From Adineta vaga (Eukaryota > Animalia > Rotifera): a DNA stretch of 64,000 nt. This document shows, piece by piece, positions 25,270-36,260 of the stretch. The position numbers and the translations under genes are program-made. Under the pieces are notes generated by a model, which did no database searches, was not told the origin of the DNA, and saw only the letters and a list, made by a program, of their open reading frames with translations. How positions within the stretch are numbered: position 1 is the first letter of the stretch; every line of letters starts with the position of its first letter. The stretch is taken from contig CP075497.1 in NCBI GenBank assembly GCA_021613535.1, positions 13,330,001 through 13,394,000 on the forward strand, read 5' to 3'.

Positions 25270-26070
25270 GTTAATGCCATTATTAGACGAAAGTAACTGC
25301 GAAAGTTTTTCATTGATCCGGTGTAAGATCTCATCAAAAATGTAAACTGTTAGTCTACATAGTAAATCTGCTTGTAAAATACTCATTAAACTATCCAGCA
25401 GCAGAACCGTCTTTTGTCATAATAAAATGGCGTAGAGTGATTTGATTAAACGTTGAACAAAGGATTTTCAGTTCATCTACTTTTTTAGCATTTCATTTTT
25501 ATATAGTTGTAAGTTTAGCCCCTAAAATGCTTTTAATTTCTCTTTCGATGACAATATTTATATCTTCTTGCTCTTCGAGATCCCATAATTTCTGTACAAA
25601 AAATATTTCGGGTTTGTTCTCTTGAGGCAACCTACTACAATATTCCAGAACTTCTTGAGTATATACTTGATCTGTCAACTGTAACCGATTTATTGCAATT
25701 ATAATTTAAGAACATAAATCTAGAACTATTTCTCGTAAGATCGTCTAGGCCTTCTCTTGTGGTTGGTGTATCAGTACCATCAGTTGTGTCAATGAAAACC
25801 AAATTTTTACAACTGTCTCTTGGTCCTGTGATTGATATACCTTCAGTAGATATTTAACGAATAGTTGGAAACTGCTTTTTAGAAAGTTTTTTTTAGTAGG
25901 AAGGATTTGCCACGGTTGTATGAGCCTAGTATGCCAACTAATAAACTGTTTTCATACTTTTCTAATGGTGTCTTTCCTGTGAATTTCCATCCATCTTTCA
26001 ATAGATCATTAAGCTTACCGATGTGAATGATAGTATCATATATTACCAGATTCGAAGACGTACTGGAACT
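25270..26070 (-). pseudogene. P-loop GTPase pseudogene (GBP/dynamin-like, protist-type)
   Basis: Manual translation: LLVGILGSYNRGKSFLL (G1), STEGISI (G2), LVFIDTTDG (G3); frameshifts and stops, so absent from the ORF track. Confidence 0.7.
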
Positions 26071-26738
26071 AAACCAGTTCTTCTCTATATCTATAAATAC
26101 GATATTCGAAGTACAAAAAAAACTCTGTATTGACCTAGTGTCTTTTTAAAACGTGACTAATAAGAAATTATGTGTATTTTTCTTTTTTAATAAGCATATA
26201 AACGAAAGAACAGGTGGAAGTTTATTTTTCGTTTATTACTGTATTATATGTCTTTTTCAAGTTTACGCTGCAATAAATTTTATGAATACCTACACGCATC
26301 ACTGTCATAAATTTGAAGAAGACATAAAAATGTAATAAACGAAAAGTAAAAATTTGTCCTTGTCCCGGTGATTGATGAAACATTTTCTGAATTGAGTCTT
26401 CCCGCTTACAATTGTTCCGTGGTCTATGGTGAGTGATTGTGTACTTCTTTTGATTACATTAGAAATCTAAGATGACAAATCTGTCATATGGCACATCGTA
26501 GATTGTGAGACAATGTACGCTGAAAAAATATCCAAAATATATTCTAAATATAGAAAATCTTCCGAATATTCTCTCATCTTATAATATAGATCGCCAGTGT
26601 TATTATAACAAAGACCCAATAAACAAAGAGTTTTCTTGATACAGTTTAAGATTTATGCATTTGATTTTTTTTTAATGTCATCCCAAGTACTTGCTGTATT
26701 TCTAGAATTATTTACCCTCTAAATCGTTAAAACTATAA

Positions 26739-27341
26739 ATGCCATTTTTCAAACAAGCTGAAATACGAAACTTAGAAGAAAAATATGGTCACAACAATTC
26801 GTTTGGTGTCATAACACTGGAAAAAATTTACAAGGATGATATTGTATTCGTATGTGACAAGGATAAATGTCCATATTATCCATGGGATTTTGATCAAAAC
26901 AGTTATACAGAAGAAGAATTACACAAATTATTTCAGCAATATCCAAATTCTCGAGATTACATATGCGGGCATAGTTGTACAGTTGGCGATAAAAAATATA
27001 AAATACCGAACAATTTCAATTCGAAGACTGTTCTAGAAGCATGTGCGTTATTTAATCATTCTTGTACTCCAAATCTTGGTTTCGGTGACGATCTTCTAAC
27101 GACACATGTGGCTTTACGTGACATTGAAGAAGGTGAGGAGTTAACGATTCACTATGGATGCTTTGAGGATGAACATTCCTTTTATAATGACATCAATTGC
27201 AAATGTGGCTTTTCGAACTGCTCCAAAATCTTATATTTTGACTTTTACAAAAACCTTGAGTTTCAAGATCAATATTATAAATACTGCAGTGAATATATTA
27301 AATCGAAGATACGAAAACTTCGTCCTGATATAGAAAGCTGA
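26739..27341 (+). CDS. SET-domain protein (methyltransferase) with post-SET Cys cluster, intronless
   Basis: FGVITLEKI, LFNHSCTPN, VALRDIEEGEELTIHY, CKCGFSNC. Confidence 0.92.
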   Translation: MPFFKQAEIRNLEEKYGHNNSFGVITLEKIYKDDIVFVCDKDKCPYYPWDFDQNSYTEEELHKLFQQYPNSRDYICGHSCTVGDKKYKIPNNFNSKTVLEACALFNHSCTPNLGFGDDLLTTHVALRDIEEGEELTIHYGCFEDEHSFYNDINCKCGFSNCSKILYFDFYKNLEFQDQYYKYCSEYIKSKIRKLRPDIES

Positions 27342-27460
27342 ACGTATCAGAGCCGTTAAATAATTACATATGAACTCAACGAATTTGAAGCCAATAACTG
27401 ACTAAAACTATATTCATTCTCTTATTTTGTGACTGTTTATCAAGGAGATAACAACGGAAT

Positions 27461-27514
27461 CTCGAGAATAGATGTGGGTGTGTAATGATCATAATACTCA
27501 CACCCAACCTCGAG
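27461..27514. repeat. Telomere-like inverted hairpin element (copy 9)
   Basis: CTCGAG...TGTGGGTGTG...CACACCCAAC-CTCGAG, between convergent genes and 5 nt from a stop codon. Confidence 0.8.
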
Positions 27515-27519
27515 TGAAT

Positions 27520-28374
27520 TTAATCAACTTTGTTGAATTCGATCAGATTCAAGTATCCTTTCTTCACCCATGTAGCCAAATAGCTTGCTATGCGATCTTT
27601 GTCCAGCTTCAGATTAGGGTAAAGTTCGGATAACACCTGGATATAAGCTTCCGGATCTTGTTTTTGTTTCCCGGGCTGTGTATAAGCCTTGTACACAAGA
27701 TCACCCACCGAGAGTCTGAGTTCTTTGTGGACGCTTCCTTTCTTGGAGATCACAATCCTTATCTCTTTTTCTGTTTTCATTGCAATGTCCATCTGCTCGA
27801 GGGTCTGGATTCCTCCGCCTACAACGATGAACCGATCGCTCAGGGCATCAGCAAGCTCGTTGTCATCCCCAAACTCTGTATTACGATCCGAAGCATCAAA
27901 CAAGTACGTCAGGTGTTCGGGCAGCACTTTGAAATCCGTTTGCTCGAATGAACTATAAACAAGATTCCCTACAACCAGCTTTCTGAATTCAGCGTGATTT
28001 TCCAAAATGTCGTTAACCACATCGTTGATCCCTTTTCCCGTCACACCGTACACAAGAGCAGTTTCTCCTTGATTAAGATACTTTACGAGAAGTTCCTTTA
28101 GATATTTAGTCACCTCTGTTCTGTACTCAGTACAGCTTCCAATGACTTGAACAAACTTCTTTTCGACTCCAATTTTTTCCTTGATGGCATCTCTGATTTT
28201 ATTGAAGTCCATCACCTTTGCTGTTTTGTTCGATACAAAGTGGACATACGCTTGAAAATATCGAGTTTTGAGCTGTTTTCCCTCCCATACTGTGTCTTCA
28301 TTCTTCATGGCTTCTACACCATCAATCACAAATTGGTTCAGAGTGTTCTTCAGGATTGCAAAATCTTCTTTCAT
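27520..28374 (-). CDS. SLOG/LOG-like Rossmannoid protein (284 aa), HGT candidate
   Basis: ATG at 28374 follows a TTTTCAG acceptor; VQVIGS, LVYGVTGKGIN and ALSDRFIVVGGGIQTLEQMDIAMKTEKEI resemble the LOG-family SDAFIxLPGGxGTLEE motif; intronless and visibly more GC-rich than its flanks. Confidence 0.65.
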   Translation of the reverse strand: MKEDFAILKNTLNQFVIDGVEAMKNEDTVWEGKQLKTRYFQAYVHFVSNKTAKVMDFNKIRDAIKEKIGVEKKFVQVIGSCTEYRTEVTKYLKELLVKYLNQGETALVYGVTGKGINDVVNDILENHAEFRKLVVGNLVYSSFEQTDFKVLPEHLTYLFDASDRNTEFGDDNELADALSDRFIVVGGGIQTLEQMDIAMKTEKEIRIVISKKGSVHKELRLSVGDLVYKAYTQPGKQKQDPEAYIQVLSELYPNLKLDKDRIASYLATWVKKGYLNLIEFNKVD

Positions 28375-28458
28375 TATGTATCTGAAAACAGTGTACGTAT
28401 ATAGAGGTCGAAAGAAATGATTTTCATTACTTTCCTTCTTGAAATTTGTATGAAAAAT

Positions 28459-28519
28459 GGTATGGGCGTAGGTGTGAGGTGGATGGTTCTTACGGTATCT
28501 CACACACCCCTTTACCCTG
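28459..28519. repeat. Telomere-like inverted hairpin element (copy 10)
   Basis: GGTATGGGCGTAGGTGTGAGGTGG...CTCACACACCCCTTTACCCTG. Confidence 0.65.
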
Positions 28520-28540
28520 AAATATGGAGTGGTTCTATGA

Positions 28541-28890
28541 CTTACCTGAGAGTTGAGTTGAACAAAACAAACTTTTTAAGCTAAAATGAAATATATTTAG
28601 TTAATTAGCAGAATTTAGAAAACAATTTTTCGATACTTTAAAAGAAGGAAAAAGAAAAAAAGTATTGTCGCTATTTTTATTGTCATTGTAAATGCAATTG
28701 AAATTATACTTTCATTCTTCTTAATATATATAGATATCATTTACGATATTGCAAAATGGAAAAGTGTAGTTTTTAATCCTTCAATAATTGAAATGATGAT
28801 TTTATTTTTATGCATTGGTATATTATACTTAATCTTATCGAACAATAAAGTAATATATCGTCAATTGTCAAATCATTTTTTCATTAAAAG
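28541..28890 (-). pseudogene. Orphan 5' end (promoter plus signal-peptide exons) of an NHL-gene paralog
   Basis: Matches 30525-30915 (CTAAAATGAAATATATTTA etc.); encodes MTIKIATILFFFFLLL, has the same intron position, and a GTAAG donor at about 28545. Confidence 0.65.
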
Positions 28891-29073
28891 GTATTCAGTT
28901 AGAGATGAGTCAGTGATCAAGTGAATATCTTTCTCTTATCTATATTTTTAAAATAGACCACCTCTCAAATAATATCATGGAAATAAAAATATTTACTCAT
29001 ATCTAAAAGAAAACATAAACATAACAACAGAAGATTTTATTTATTAAATTGATGATTTAAATCAAAATTTTTA

Positions 29074-30716
29074 TTAAAAAATTAAATCAAATTTTTGGAT
29101 TCGGTGATTTTCTGAATCACTAACATAAAGATTTCTTTCGAAATCAAATGATAAATCAATGGGAAAATTCAATTGATTAGATCCTTCTTCCCATCTATTT
29201 CCACCAACAATAATTTCACCTTCTGTATTTCCTTCATTCCATCGCATAATTCGATGATTTCCATTGTCTGCTATATAAATCTGATCATCATCATTAACAA
29301 TCAATCCATGAGGGTATGAGAATTGATTAAGATTTCTTCCTTGACCATTTCCACCAGCCACAACAATTCCTTCTTTAACATCTTTTCTCCATTTCATTAT
29401 ACGATGTTGTAAACTATCTGATACATAAACTGATTGTTCATTATCAACAAAGATAAAATTAGGTTTATTCAATTGATTAAGTTGATTTCCTCTTCCATTT
29501 CCACCAGCAACTAATGTTCCTTCTTGTTCTCCAATCTTCCATCTTCTCACTTCATCTTTCTGATAATCAGAAACATAAAGAAATCCATATTTATCCAATG
29601 TCACACTCCAACAATCGATATTTTCAATGAGAATTTCTTGTTAATTTTCATTAAACCATCGAACCACTCGTTTATTTCCTCCATCAACAATAATTAAAGA
29701 ATTATCTATTTGATTAACAATTACATCTGTTGGATTATCTAATTGATCTATTCTGTTTTCTCTTCCATTTGTACCAGCAACAATTCTACCTTGATTTTCA
29801 TTCGATTTCCATTGAACAATACGATTATTAAGATAATCAACAATAAAAATATTCTTATTCTTATCAATAAAGAGTCCATGAGGATATTTCACTTGATTTA
29901 ATTGGTCTCCTTCTTGATTTCCTCCAGCAACAGTCTGATCATTTTGTTTCCATTTATTAAATTTTGCTTCTAAAATAAAATAAAAAATTTCTCACACCAC
30001 GCAATATTTGTTTTCCTCAAAAGTTTTAACACTGATTACAAATCCCCTATTTATCTCTATTACATTATTATAATATTTTAAAAACCTCATAATGAGCTTA
30101 CCTGTTGTTGTTGTTGTCTGAATATTCATGATGGTAGTAGTAGTAGTAGTAATAGTAGATGCTATTGTTGTCGTCGTTGTATTTGTCACTATTCATCAAT
30201 ATAAATCATTAAAATTAAATGCTTTTCAAGTATAGAAACGAGTATGAATTAAACATTTACTACTTACTAGTTGTTTTTGGTGGACAGAGACTTTCATTCA
30301 TCATCGATAATGGATAACAAACAGGATCATCATTGCATCGAGAATGATAAACACAGATATGATTTGGTTAAGAACAATCTTGTGAAGGTCCACATGGTAC
30401 GAGGTGAGAACAGAATTTCCATAAAAAAGCACAAATACCAACATTATCAGCACCTACCACAGGAAAACATCCACAAGCACTATTAGTTGAACATCGAGCA
30501 TATGATAATACGGTATGACATATTTGAGAGTTCACATGAACTGTTAAAATACAAGTATATATCATAGATAAGATAAATGTATAGAATAAAATAATAAACA
30601 AACCTATAAGACTAAAATGAAATATATTTAATTAGAAGAATTGAGAAAGAGAGAAAATTTTCAGTATACCTTAAAATAATGAAAAAGAAACAACTGATTG
30701 TTGTTTTTGCCCTCAT
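29074..30716 (-). pseudogene. Secreted Cys-rich, Thr-linker, NHL-repeat protein with one premature stop
   Basis: Signal exon MRAKTTISCFFFIIL from 30716, 8-bp microexon 30604-30611, Cys-rich exon, NHL repeats (VAGGNG.G..LNQL..P, YVSD..NHRIQKF); in-frame TAA at 29641-29643. Confidence 0.85.
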
Positions 30717-31404
30717 TTTATAATGAATTTGATTTAGAATATATAGGTTATTTTTCTCATAAAGTTACATTTTCTTTTTTGATTATATAGATTTATTTTT
30801 GATAATTTAAAAAATGATTTTGTTTCTATGTATTCTATTATGCTTAATCCTATAGTGAATGATCAATGAATGAAGTGGAATATTATCAACTGTCAGGTTG
30901 CTTTTTGAATATAAGGTATGTCATGGTCCTCTCGTCAATATATGTTTCAACTTAAGATAAAAATATTTTTAGTTTTACTGGTATCCTTCATTTGAAGGTT
31001 TTTCAGAGAGATTCATCGAGATTACAAGTGCAAAAACACATATACTCGCATACAAAATGTCCAATATATGAGATTTGGTTATATTTTCATTTTTTCTTAT
31101 CGTTGAGACATTTGAAAACTCTCGACAGTATTTACTATGCAGAGGTTTCATTATACATTTTGAAATGGAAGTTTTTCTATTCATAGAAAAGAAAAATGAT
31201 TAATTGATTCTGTTTTAATTGTTTTATTGTTATTTGAACTGTCAGATTATATTGAATGAATATTTCTTTAATAAAAATAAAGAAGCTTGAAGATAAATTT
31301 TATCTATTCTAAACAAAATTGTAGCTCTACGAAACTTAAATAGTTTGGGATCATTCTACTAAACATTTTTCTGTTTTGTGTAAAACCAATGCATGAGTCA
31401 TCAA

Positions 31405-31449
31405 GTGTATGAGTGAAACTATGTTCTTAATCCTCACCTTGACCTACTC
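31405..31449. repeat. Telomere-like inverted hairpin element (copy 11, degenerate)
   Basis: GTGTATGAGTGA...TCCTCACCTTGACCTACTC. Confidence 0.4.
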
Positions 31450-31582
31450 GATCCTATCGTTCTTTTGAAAGAGCAAATAATTATTTAATTTTTCTTCTCT
31501 TGTTGAATAAAAGACGTTGTATAACATGAATGAATGAATGAAAAAAAAAATCATATGAAATTTTAGTGTATAGTTGAAGCCA

Positions 31583-32564
31583 TTAGCCATTTGTCGTATG
31601 AGGTTGTACACGTACATGATTTGATCGTATTAATAGAACTTGTATCTTATCGACTAGATATTTCCTTACTTCATCTGTAAATATTAAATTGAGTAACATC
31701 CATAGACCATAACCAAATGAGAGTGGAATAAAACCGAATCGTTGTGCATAAGGTATTGATTCTGCTGTCGGAAAAAATTGTGCTCGAAGGAATAAAGCGA
31801 CATATGGAAAGCTCATAAAAGACATGACAACAACAATAATTAAAATTCGATGAATAAAACGAAGTTCACGACGTTTTCGACGTTGATCTGGTATATTATA
31901 ACCTGTGTTTATTGAAAAAGGACGTTGTTTGGCGAAATATAAAATTCGAATATAAACTGAAATAATTATTAAAAGTGGACAACAATAGATAAACATTGTC
32001 AAATATAGAAATATAATTAAATCGTTTAATGATGCCTAAAATTAAGATAAATATAAATTTAAGATTGATATTTCAATGTTTTTATTAAAACTATATAATA
32101 TACCATACCTGACAAATTCGACTACCAGATTGATAAACAATTCTACCAGTCACTAAAGCTGGAATAGCAAATGTAATCGAAATTAACCATTGAACTATTG
32201 TGATAAATATGATAACTTGTTTTGATTGTAAATGACGTTGTGTTGCAAAGACAACAACAAATAGACGATTAAGTGCTTGAACACACAATGCTTGATGTAA
32301 AAGACCAGTTGCAGCATGAAGAAGAAAACCTCGAAATGAACATAATTTATCATTACCATCACTTGTTAGTTGATAGATTGCTTGACTTGTACATGTTATA
32401 TTAATAATTAAACCAGCAATTGCTGAATTAAAAGAAAGCATAATAGCTGTTGTATGAAATGGATGATGAAAAACTACGATAATAATAAATATAATGGCAC
32501 AAATAATACCAAAAATACCACATAAAACCATAAATAGAGATGAGAAAATGTCGAAAATATCCAT
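31583..32564 (-). CDS. Class A orphan GPCR, two exons
   Basis: ORFs 32091..32564 and 31583..32002 join in frame across GT-AG intron 32036-32108; seven TM segments, LCSFRG, QALNRL. Confidence 0.87.
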
Positions 32565-33209
32565 ATTATCAAATATGAAGATAAAATCAATTATTTGATA
32601 AGAAAGAATCAGATACTAAAAATATTCAATTTATTAGCAGAATTCTAAAATGAAAAGTAAAAAGATATATTATAATACTGCACCGATACTTCTTTCTCTT
32701 TTATATATTCAAATTATATTTCTAAACTCATTTTCTAGATATATCATGTTATACAATCTTGTTGAGAATGAAAATTTCTTCGAGAGAATCAATTTTTCAT
32801 AAGGCGAAGATTTCTTAATTGATAAATGGAACTACATTTTATATTAAAATTATAATATTTATTAAAAGTTCTATAAGCTTAACTTAAGGCAAAATATATA
32901 TATATTCCTCTTACTAATAAATTTTAACATGTTGATAAAACAACAACTTTGAAATTGTTTCCGTAACTTATCAAATAGTTCATTAAGAAGAACAAATTTC
33001 ATTTTTTTAAAGTAATGGTAAAATATTGTTCATAAAAATATGAAATAAATTGTAATATATTCTCTTTAATATACATCTATTATCGAAAAATGATTCTACT
33101 ATACAAGAACGTAAAGATTATCAATGGAATCGAAATGAAATATTATAGGAAATTTACAATGACAATACTGAACATAATTTAGATTTTTTTAGAATAAATT
33201 GAATCATTG

Positions 33210-33341
33210 TAGAGACTGAACAAGTATAAGTAAAAATACTTTTAATTTGAATTTTTACTTGAATACATTTTTACTAAGTACAAGTATTTAAGTGAAGCCG
33301 AGAAATGTACTCAGTATTGTAATCTCAGTATCCAGTCTCTG
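33210..33341. mobile_element. Tiny hAT-like MITE
   Basis: Ends TAGAGACTGAA / TCCAGTCTCTG with internal AAGTA/TACTT repeats; TSD unclear. Confidence 0.5.
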
Positions 33342-33664
33342 ATTGAATCATGAATTAATCGTCATATACAGAGATTTTCAGTTCTTGAAATTTTAACAAA
33401 TATTAACAAAGTCTTTAGGCAACAAATGGAAATGAAACCATTTTTTTTTCAATCTCTCACATCCACCCTCTGACAGTTTGCAGGTCGATATTTTTATTAA
33501 ATTCTTTAAGCAATTTCTTGACATTATCAAAAGAACTAATATACATTCAATTTGCGAATAGATCTCTAATACTCATATCATTCTATGATATAATTATCAA
33601 GTATATCAATTACATTAAACATTATCTTTAGAGGAAATAGAAATCTGAAAAGATGCGACGGCAA

Positions 33665-33720
33665 AGGGTGTGAGTGTAGTATATTTATTCATCAATACAA
33701 TCCATCCAAACCTTCAAGAT
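33665..33720. repeat. Telomere-like inverted hairpin element (copy 12)
   Basis: AGGGTGTGAGTGTAG...TCCATCCAAACCTTCAAGAT. Confidence 0.65.
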
Positions 33721-34089
33721 GATTACGTTTGTATTTACATTATTTCGTGCTTTTGGATCATAACAATTATTTTTTTTTTATTTCTTTTCCTGAGTTTTGC
33801 ATATGTACTAATATTTAGAATAGCAATCGAACGAAGAACTACTACACACATAGACGCAACAGACATCATTATACGACTATAGTTTTGACAAATTCAATCT
33901 ACTAAGACATAATTTCCTATGATGATGCTATTATTACTGTTAAGTTCTGTCTGAGTTATCATACACTCTTTTTCTTCATCAATGACCAGCATATCTAGAC
34001 ATTGAAATCACCAGTGTTGAATGTTAAAAAAATATTCTTTGATTTCTATTGATGATCGTTTTGAATAAATAAAAAAATAAAAGAGAATA

Positions 34090-35965
34090 TTAGACGCTAT
34101 TGAAATTATCAGACAGTTTATAAATATTTTCAAGAAAAGTGCTTAGCATTTTTCTATTTGGATCGAGACGTGCACGTAAATCAAGAAAATCATTCCATTT
34201 GGGTATGAGATGTTCGAAATTGTAGATATTTGGGTCAAAATGTTTTCCCCAATGAGGCATACCACCAAATTGACCTAATATTGTTTGTAATTCACCCATA
34301 GTTCTCATACTATCATCACGTACAGTTCCATCTTCAGCTACATAGACCAAAAATCCCACAAAACACACTCCACCCTTATACGCTGGACTGAGTCATGCTT
34401 TTGATTGTCCTACTGCTCGATAGATGAATGGATAATGAAGACGTTTCTTATTCTTGTCAGCCCATGATTTGAGAACCAATGTAGCTTCATGTATATATTC
34501 GAGTGGTATGGCGATTTCACAATTTATCTGTGGAACTGGTATACCCTTGCAAACGATCTGTTCCAAATAGCCAATAACATCTTTGGCGTTAGCAAAACGT
34601 CTGAGTGTTTCAAATTGAGGTCGTGAAGATTCTTCTGCAATCTTCGTATCGAGTGCCATCGATTTCAAATACTCATCGATTGTCTCATTTATTGAACGAC
34701 GTACATATTTAGCTTCCAATAAAGCATCACCTGGCGTAGCTAGGAATTGCTCACGTTGCTTTTCATTTGCCTCATTTATAAACCATACATGACAAAAATC
34801 TGTTTCAGGGAACCACCATACCTTTAAAAAAAAAATTTTTCTCTTTAGAGCATTATTAAAAGTATCGATTTACTTTAACAAATTCATTTTCTTCATTCTA
34901 TTTAACATAATCCGAAAGTAAAATATCAATTTTGCAAGTGAACTTGTTACAACTGAATATTCGTCGAGGAATATGAGTTATTTCGACTTGAGGAGTAATG
35001 CCAAGAGTTCCCATGGCAGTGACAAATGCTTGAAGAGGATATTCATCAGTATTTTCATCGACAGTTACGACTTTTCCATTAGGTAAGACGACTTTGAGTG
35101 ATTGAACAATATCTGAATAACTCGATTGACGCATGCCTTGTCCATGAGTTCCTGTGGCAGTAGCACCACCAAGTGTTTGAATGCCAATAACACCTGGAGA
35201 ACAGGGTAACATTCGATTGTAACTGGCAAGAATAGCAATAACATCATTCACCGATGTTGCGGCGCCAAATATTGCTGTCTCTTTCTTCATTTCGATAAGA
35301 CCATTAAAATGCTGCATTGATATTAATTTCGCATCTGGATCATCTAACTGAGCCGTCATGAGCTTCTCATAAGATAGGCCTGTACCCATCAACGTTAACT
35401 ACAAAAAAAACAAATATGATAATTTACGAGGAACATTTCATCTCATTTTTTGTTATAGGATATTCAGACAGTCGATATTTCATCTAGATAGGAAACGTAC
35501 TTTTGATGTTGTTGTTCGAACAATTCGAATTAACTGATTGACAGTTGTTGGTCGTACAATTTGAGCTTCTCGTGCAATCTCATGAATACCTGACCAGTTG
35601 TAGATAATGTTTGTTTGAACTTCCTTAGCAATCGGGAGAAAATTTGTCGAATAAGAAAGCTGTCTCGAATAATTGATTTTACGATTTAAACCATCCTCGC
35701 CAGTCGCTTTCGTTATGACATCTTTCTTTAATTCTATTGCAGCAACGGTAATACGACGTGTACCAGTTGTCGGTGTCGATGTCGAACCTTTTGTATCACT
35801 ATTAGGGATCGATTCTAGCTCACTGAATGAATGTGTTCGAGGAATTCTTTTATATCTTGTTGAAAATGCACTGCCATATATACCACTTAAAATCCGATCA
35901 AATCGTCTATTACTTCGAGTGGTACTATCACCTTTTGTTTTCTTGTCGTTGTTTTTGTTTACCAT
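34090..35965 (-). pseudogene. FAD-linked D-arabinono-1,4-lactone / L-gulonolactone oxidase-family gene with two nonsense codons; 3 exons
   Basis: NWSG, GTGLS, TLGGATATGTHG, VWWFP, GGMPHWGKHF; introns 35399-35500 and 34822-34873; in-frame TAG at 34898 and TGA at 34393, both where Trp fits. Confidence 0.85.
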
Positions 35966-36179
35966 CGTTTATTTGTCTATATTGTTTCTTGTTCTTTGCA
36001 TGTATATATAAATATATCTATAGTGTTTTATACGAAGGTGATATACCCACGTAGTAGTTTTGATGTATTTTTTCTTTTTCTTCTTACTTGTATTTTTACC
36101 CATGACGCATGTTGTGAACAAGCGCAACCACGCCTTTTGATTATTATACCCCTCACACAATCGAATTTGATGTAATGAT

Positions 36180-36260
36180 GGGTGTGGGCATGTTGGTAAG
36201 GTGTGGGTGGGTGGGGGTGGATATGATATATTCGTTCATCAATGCCACCCACACCTTCAA
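36180..36260. repeat. Telomere-like inverted hairpin element (copy 13, extended G arm)
   Basis: GGGTGTGGGCATG..GGTGTGGGTGGGTGGGGGTGG...CCACCCACACCTTCAAT. Confidence 0.85.

Noticed and set aside
28375-28503. N-terminal 43 aa of the 327-aa ORF
   Set aside because: Starts at GTG inside the hairpin element; the ATG at 28374 after a splice acceptor is the plausible start
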